Assembly (NCBI GenBank): GCA_032718475.1
Contig: JAUCBJ010002693.1
Location: 1-64,000 of the forward strand
Source of the DNA: Nemertoderma westbladi
Taxonomy: Eukaryota; Animalia; Xenacoelomorpha
Direction: 5' to 3'
Length of the DNA: 64,000 nt
Below, one piece after another: positions 58,001 to 64,000 of the stretch; within the stretch, counting starts at the first letter, position 1; every line of letters begins with the position of its first letter. Under the pieces are notes generated by a model that saw only the letters and a list, made by a program, of their open reading frames with translations, made no database searches and was not told the DNA's origin. Made by a program: the position numbers and the translations under genes.

Positions 58001-58830
58001 CTTTTTGCTTCTGCCTCTGCCGCCGTTGCTTTTCTTTTTGCTTCTGCTTCTGCCGCCGCTGCCTTTCTTTTTGCTTCTGCTTCTGCCGCCGCTGCCTTTC
58101 TTTCTGCTTCTGCTTCTGCCGCCGTTACTGCTGCTGCCTTTCGGTCCTCTATCTGTTTTTTCTTTATTTGTTCTTCTTGGACTCTAACGAGGCGGAGTCG
58201 TTCATCAAATTTAGCTTGGTTCGCAGCTAACATTTCCGCATCGATTGCGTCCAACACAAGCTTGGTTCCTTCACTATTAGGGCGAAGTCCAGACAGTCGT
58301 CTCCTCAACTCTTCGTCTCCTAGGAATCGCTGATAGTCTGACAGATAGATGTCAATGGCGTCTCTAGTTCGCGGCTTCTCTGCTGCTGTTAATTCGCTTT
58401 CCACTTCGCTTTCCACTTGAGAAGAAGTGGCGTCGGTTGATTCTTCATAGGTTGGCTGTTCATCATAAACCGTATCCACCATCTTCGCTCCGCGTTCGGG
58501 CGTCCGCTCAGCAGTATCCGAACTACTGGAGCTATCGGGCCGCTGGGAACTAGGTTCTAGGATAGGATGTTGCTGCTGTTTGACAGCTGCTTCTTGATCC
58601 CGCTTGACTTGGGCCCGAGTACCGATGATAGACCTACGTTGTTCTAATAGCCTAGGGTCTGACACTACTACTGTAGGGATGGCCTTTTTGACAATAGTAG
58701 GTGACTTAGACTTGGATCTAGGATGTTCTATACTTGGATCTGGGTCACTGATCTTTTTAAGACACTGTCTAACAGTCATTCTAACACTTTCTAAGAGACT
58801 ATCCGACAGTGATTGGGTTGTGTCAGACAT
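55003..58830 (-). CDS. gag: BEL/Pao Gag-protease polyprotein (1275 aa)
   Basis: KFNGDEMKWLPF...GEKLRFLIKCL; CALCDGPHRLSAC, CYNCLRSGHQRRTC, CAKCGAKHHILLH; ALLDFGSTGT...ILIGQN...TRVGW. Confidence 0.93.
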   Translation of the reverse strand: MSDTTQSLSDSLLESVRMTVRQCLKKISDPDPSIEHPRSKSKSPTIVKKAIPTVVVSDPRLLEQRRSIIGTRAQVKRDQEAAVKQQQHPILEPSSQRPDSSSSSDTAERTPERGAKMVDTVYDEQPTYEESTDATSSQVESEVESELTAAEKPRTRDAIDIYLSDYQRFLGDEELRRRLSGLRPNSEGTKLVLDAIDAEMLAANQAKFDERLRLVRVQEEQIKKKQIEDRKAAAVTAAEAEAERKAAAAEAEAKRKAAAAEAEAKRKATAAEAEAKRNAAVAEAERRASEEITQLELENLQETQDCINKQLTASQMQMRSRSTPKRQGYTSSEEGETTDPEGGGNRSRLSRRRKTSHRYKLPDLPPAVRRQLASTDLGGTEPTEQIIQVKRLPTIVDEPEIIRPVVHKVTPVLETPVLPELNSKFPLHSTTLPVPGRTVHENIPVLEAEREIKDLSPVVPRQPATMLATPASAVEWVEEGRRGMNLLLGQMQETVHQLKGTVREGRAELQEVQQSIALERDKLVNIQNGISIPPVTLCQPVRSEVLHAQGVEPTRIYTASEVETPIANPIKGDYKPVVNDIPYRPDNDPRNLYADNSILNNTMAQESFTRQMARTEARQAVKVGEIVKFNGDEMKWLPFNEYYKDSIQNSVLSNGEKLRFLIKCLEGPPKLMALKFIGHPEGLRQVWDTLNIRYGNKDNIAKYLYAKLVAPRNFLSSGIIEFSDEIQEICRQLDWLGKSHEYQSSMVIGAVVSTLPKGGVCTRWDKKVLYMNEQQRRSPTMADLMSFLDSEVKLQLIKQSREKTSENKVSEKPVSRRRIIPVCYTDDGESQASQEEDSGKDTAKSYYDNKTYKDVSKYKSRTSDRREQVTTTPPMSPKRIHGRKPEERTRVHNVTQGKVSNIKPKCALCDGPHRLSACAEFLKKSLVDRRTVLWNKRLCYNCLRSGHQRRTCYSDVKCAKCGAKHHILLHSEFERDTPSQVSEPELHVQFSDVNDTDQESEMEGFYTDEFSDANESCYLINTSVYRALTYEKDTDNEFPPTTFARQPSWKAPTSNVGIREFPVVQVRVHGPNKSYIVNALLDFGSTGTFIDQELAEDIFAGQPKFRTKLNMSGIMQVWKSTLTADYYVGVLSTPQDKLGAQGIRSVKMVAIKNLAATQADLYNWDEDESIQHLKIPRLQTDYPGVQILIGQNAHETLETLEKRPAQPQPLQTYAVRTRVGWYFTGPSRRTLKERLPQQQVYQVKEWEVESSDVDDPTEGTPYSSDNDDINSNVDQ

Positions 58831-60199
58831 GTTTGTTTGTACAGTTGAATGCCTACTGCTATGATTACAGCTAAAGCAAGTCTAGCAATTCAGTATCACT
58901 GTTAGCCTAGTAATTAATTACCGATACTGCTACTCAGTGTAGCGTGATATATATATAATATATTAGAATACCGGTATGCTTATAGTCTATATATAAGTAT
59001 TATTACAGACTAGATTTGTCACAGAGTACCGGTATATAATTTTAGCACAAATATATATAAATATATAATAGGCCTATCGTGAATACCGGTATGCAGCTTA
59101 CACTTATAGTATATATAAGTATAATTATGAACTAGAATTAATTACAGAATACCTGTATGATTTCAGCCCAACCTTATAGAAATAAATGTAATAAGCCTAT
59201 GGTAAATACCGGTATGTCAATTATTTTAGAATAATTGAATTTCTGAATATTTCAGGGTTACTTGTTACTTTAACTTACTTTATTACTGTTATTTAAGCAG
59301 TAGACCAACTGATATTGGGACCTAGTTGTTGTATGGCAGGCCTACTATTTATAAATCGTTGAGTTGATTTATAATATATATATACCCGTTTAAAAAGGGG
59401 TTTTGTCAATATTTGAAATAAATGTTATTATTTCTGGGGGAGTCACTACACAGAAGCTGTGCGCTCTCAGTGAAGTGCTACCTATGGGACACTAAAACAG
59501 ATAATTCTAATTTACCTAAGTTACTTAATCCTACAAATTACTTACGATACGGGTGAGATTAAATCTCTAATTAAACACAACAAAAATATTACGTACGAAA
59601 TTTTTTTAGGGTAATTTTACAGGAAGTCTACAAACCAGCCTAACAAAGGGTTAGAATTCTGGTTATTACAAAGGACAGGGTACTACGGTATTTGAAAATA
59701 ATAAGTAGTAGTAAATATATTGCACTGTCCAGATAGGAAAATACCACCGCCTGACGACCTATAGCCGTATCGCTATAGGTACTACGTTATGTATCACGGA
59801 GTGTTCCTACCTGGAAGTTAATTACCGCGGACTACCAGATCCAACGTGCCTATTAACCACTTTACAACACAAATATACTGCCTACACACTAATTACCTTC
59901 GGAAAGCACTGTACACTAAACCCTAAATTAGGTACAAATACTGGTACAACAAATAATCAGTAGTTAAATATACTTGAACAGTTAAAAGAACCACGGCATC
60001 TGCTGGAGTGACCGGTGCACAAAATCACCAGTCTTTACCTATGCCAAGCAGCCCGTGTAGTACCGGGGTTAATTTAACTATAACGGTATGTGTAACAAAC
60101 ACAATTACTGTAGGAATAAACTTGGGGACATGAATGTTGCGAATAATCGCATAAACTCTGAATAATAAATATTACGCTACCCGTACAGAATACTCAAAC

Positions 60200-60735
60200 A
60201 AAATACAACCCAAACGCTGGCAGACTACCACCAAGCCTAAATAAACTACAGTATGTGCAGATTCCAAAATGGTTAGTTAGTATGCGTTCTAACACGGTAG
60301 TACGACTTAATCTTTAAGAGGGGATTGACCTTACATCTATGGCTGCCCCAACTTACTAACTGGCACTCTATCGGACAAACTCTACACACGCAGCAATCTC
60401 TTCAGACCTAATAATAGCTAGACAACAATCCAGCCTACAAAATATCTGAGTAATAACTATTACGGTACCTGAACAGACCACACAAACAAACACAGACCAA
60501 AACGCTGGCAGAATACTGTCAAGCCTAAATAAACTACAGTATGTGCAGATTCCAAAATGGTTAGTTAGTATGCGTTCTAACACGGTAGTACGACTTATTC
60601 TTTAAGAGGGGATTGACCTTACAGCTATGGCTGCCCCAACTTACTAACTGGCACTCTATCGGACAAACTCTACACACGCCGTAATCTCTCCAAACCCAAC
60701 AACAATCTGACAACAGTCCAGCCTACAATTATCTG
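60200..60735. repeat. ~288-bp tandem duplication in the element-2 leader
   Basis: AAACGCTGGCAGA...CTCTACACACGC at ~60212 and ~60500. Confidence 0.85.
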
Positions 60736-61100
60736 AACAATCTGAGCAGACTTACACGTCTTCAGCTCAATATTAACTTACTAGGAAATAAAACTGACAG
60801 AAATAAGTAAAGTCTCAATAAAAACCAGGGCTGCAGTCCCTGGTTAAGATACTAAGACCTACCGGTATACAATAATCAAAATCGAATAATACTAATGTAC
60901 TTATACTGGAAGTACCGGTTAGGACAGTTGGGCCTACGGACCTACAGAAGTACCGGTTCTGGCAGTTGGACCTACGGACCTACCGCAGTACCGGTTCTGG
61001 CAGTTGGGCCTACTGACCTACAGAAGTACCGGTTCAGGTTTACCGGTCGACCGGTACTTTCAACTTTATTGCTTACTGCAATAAAGACAATAACTGTTAT

Positions 61101-61735
61101 TGTACGCGCTTTTGAAGACCTTTAGCAGTTTAACCTGCCAAAATTTATATGTCTTTTGGTTTATAAATAGACTTTAGAAGTTGACAAATATTTAATACCA
61201 ATAAACACAACATTAGCAGAAGCCAGCCTAGTGCGCGTCCATTCACCCGCTGGATATACCCGGGAGACTGGATTCTGAGGGCTTAGATTATTATTGCAGT
61301 GTAAGCTTACTGTATTATTCGATTGATCGTTAATAAATAATTTCTGACCAATATTATTCACTTTCGGGAAATATTAACAGTTCCTTTAGGACGTGGCGCT
61401 CTATCTAGGTAAACAGAGATATGACTTATACTAATCACAACGGTAAGTCGGTAAGGCTTATGATTCACGTATGAGGCGCATTCTTTAGGAAATGCTTAGT
61501 TATCAGCCACAATCATGCACACTACCGGTAACACACAATACTGCTCACTAATTTGCCGACCGTCAATGTATTTTATCATATATAAAGAGAACAGCAACGG
61601 ACTCATGTAGTGCTTATCAAATAGCATTAAATTCACTACAAACCACAATAATATAAGTCGCAATCGCTATATATAACCCGTCTCTCTAACCTGTAGTGTA
61701 TCAAGAAAATTGGGAAATTTGGGTTCTTTATATAT
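61101..61735 (-). repeat. 5' LTR of element 2 (outer part missing)
   Basis: No difference seen from 50293-50927; identity stops abruptly in a TATATA run at 61735. Confidence 0.92.
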
Positions 61736-63144
61736 AGTCTACCTGCCAACTCCCGAAAATTAAGTTTAGATGGCATTTTTTGTTAATGGTTGGCATCCAC
61801 CTGATTTTTGTACTTCAAGACATGGCGAATCCAGCTAGGCCGGATGCCACCTCTGCATTTTTGATTTAATGCCTTTTTTTGGGCTTCAAAGTTTTTCGCT
61901 CAAAAATGTTTTTTTTTCAATTTTAGGATACAAGTTCATGGTGAATGTTAGTGAATCTCGTCTCATTACCAGTGTATAAATCTAAAGTTAATAAAAATGC
62001 ATCCATGTTGTCCTGAAACTGTTATAAACACTTTGGTAAAGAAGAAAATTTCCGAAATTCCCTTGCAGTCCGCCAACCCGGCCCTAGTAACCGCCTTAGC
62101 AACAGATTTATGAAATTTAAATTATCAATTTCTTTGTCTCACCTTTCCTTTTCCTGAGAAAACATACAAACAGTTTTAAAAATCCAAAAAACCCATCACA
62201 CAACTTAATAACATCTTGAGAACACATCAAGGGCAATATAAAATCAAATATCGTCCAATGTCGCAGACACAGACCCATTATTTGGACCAGAGTAATTTAC
62301 ACAAGTATCAAAATATTAAGTTTAAGTGGAGAATTCGTGTACCTTTACTCAACTATTTGCTTCCATATTTGTAATTATTTGAAAATATCACTACAGCTAA
62401 GAAGCATGGTGATACTTCCCGTCATATTGTACACATTCGGGTGACATTTACAGTCCACGTTACCATAGCAACAGACCAAATAAGACAATTTAACAAGAAT
62501 TTAATTTACAGTATAACTATAATGCAGTATTCCCTAGGCCTACCTTACCAGAGTTTTGAGAGATTAAATGTAACACACGTCGCATAGCTATAACCTTCGA
62601 CTGTTAGTCAACATCATATCGTGACTTGGGGGGATATTCATATATAAATATGAATTTTAAAGTATCTCAGGCGTTTATCGAAACCTAAAGTTAATAGTGA
62701 ACTCACTCTAAATTCTGCTAAGATATTAGTTTTGGAACAGTCAGGTCCATCACACTATGCACCGTCGAGACAGGGGAGGGGGGGGGGGGGGGGCAATTCC
62801 ATTTCGGCGAATTAATATTTTGTATCAATGTTAAATTATCAATTTAAGGAAAGGAGCAGTTTACAGTGGCACGTTATTCGGAACAAAACAATAAACGAAT
62901 CTCAACAAAACAGATAGAAGTTTAATTTTTGAGAGTAATCAGGTGTTATTTGCGTCGATTTTCACCCCGGAGAGGGATCAATTTTGATTGCGTCGAAACT
63001 ATCACTTTCATTTGCCTATTATTATTATGACTTGATGGAAATGGATGGTGACGAACATATTGCCACTCTTAAAGGTAAACTTTCCCAATGTGATTTGTGA
63101 AGAGACTTGCATAGTATGTGGAACAAGAAGAAGTGTGCAGAAAG

Positions 63145-64000
63145 ATGAAGTGGAAAATTTCTACTACAATCTACATGCATCTACTGATGGAGTGGATCAG
63201 CATGCATTCTTAATTTGCCTGGGTGACTTTAATGCAAGTCTACATCACTCATCTATATTTCATACTGGACCAAGTGGTCACACGTCCCAGATATACCATA
63301 TTCTGTTTCGTGGGAACGAAACAGGAGCTCTATTCTGTACAAGACTGAAGTATATTTGCACTTCCACCCTTATCCAGGTATTACCTATTATTGTGGCCAA
63401 GGTAAGACTTAGTCACCACGCTAGCAGAATTGGCAAGGAATGACTGGTCATCTTTGTTGCAACAGCCCAGTTGTGAGATCCAGCTTCACACTACAGTTGA
63501 ACAACAGGTATGAGGTTCTCGCCTCTGAGGCGGCAAATCACTGCGTGGGCTATACAGCCTTTACAGAAGCAGTTAATTTAGCAGCTGCTGAAACAGATCC
63601 TGTATACCCTCGAAACAGGAAATAGCCCCCCCCCCCGCACTGATCACAGAATTCAGAAGTGCCGAAATGACCTCAAATGGCGCAGAATAAGTCCCGCCGA
63701 CTAGGGCACACGAAGACAGACAATGCTAAAGGAGCTTATCAATAAGTAGGGCCGAGGTTGATGCCATTAACGCTGATGATAGCAGGCAATCAGCTCAGGC
63801 ATAGCAATCAGTAAACCTGCTCACTGGGAGGAAAGCCAACCAACCACCAAGGTTAATGCTGAATCTCCTGAACTCCTCAATTATGGTTGGAAGGCCTACT
63901 TTGAGAAGCAGCTTCCAAACATAACAGGGTATTGCCTGATAACTTTGAGGTACATCGTGTATCTGATTCTGTGCTCACAGATATCCACATCTCATTTGCT
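63145..64000 (+). mobile_element. Decayed RTE-like LINE fragment (endonuclease end and linker)
   Basis: EVENFYYNLHASTDGVDQHAFLICLGDFNA nearly matches 48040-48627; FTLQLNNRYEVL. Confidence 0.7.

Larger units (their letters stand above)
50293..61735 (-). mobile_element. Internally deleted (non-autonomous) BEL/Pao LTR retrotransposon
   Basis: Direct repeats 50293-50927 and 61101-61735; gag-protease ORF; slivers of RNase H and IN C-terminus; ORF3 remnant. Confidence 0.92.

Overview
Eukaryotic (invertebrate animal-like), AT-rich genomic window. The backbone is a + strand, many-exon FREM2/ECM3-like gene (end of the CSPG/cadherin-like region, Calx-beta repeats, downstream Cys-containing region); 14 exons are recognisable between 4276 and 44945. 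Its introns are packed with repeats. (1) A full-length 14.3-kb BEL/Pao LTR retrotransposon (4589-18893, 5-bp TSD CGATC, ~1.59-kb LTRs) carries an extra ORF3 encoding a WRN/EXD/MUT-7-type DEDDy 3'-5' exonuclease plus zinc knuckles. It also carries an unusually rich set of structured-RNA modules: an array of K-turn/UUCG and loop-E/GNRA hairpins in each LTR, further copies of the GNRA hairpin inside gag, pol and ORF3, and a second hairpin family in the pol-ORF3 spacer. (2) A second, divergent BEL/Pao element on the minus strand (50293-61735) has lost RT and integrase through two in-frame deletions but keeps a degenerate homologue of the ORF3 zinc-finger region. (3) RTE and CR1/L2-like LINE fragments, tRNA-derived SINEs, MITEs and three satellites are present; one satellite is an amplified 5' splice site. 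All RNA structures were folded by eye and all homologies were recognised from motifs; no searches were run.
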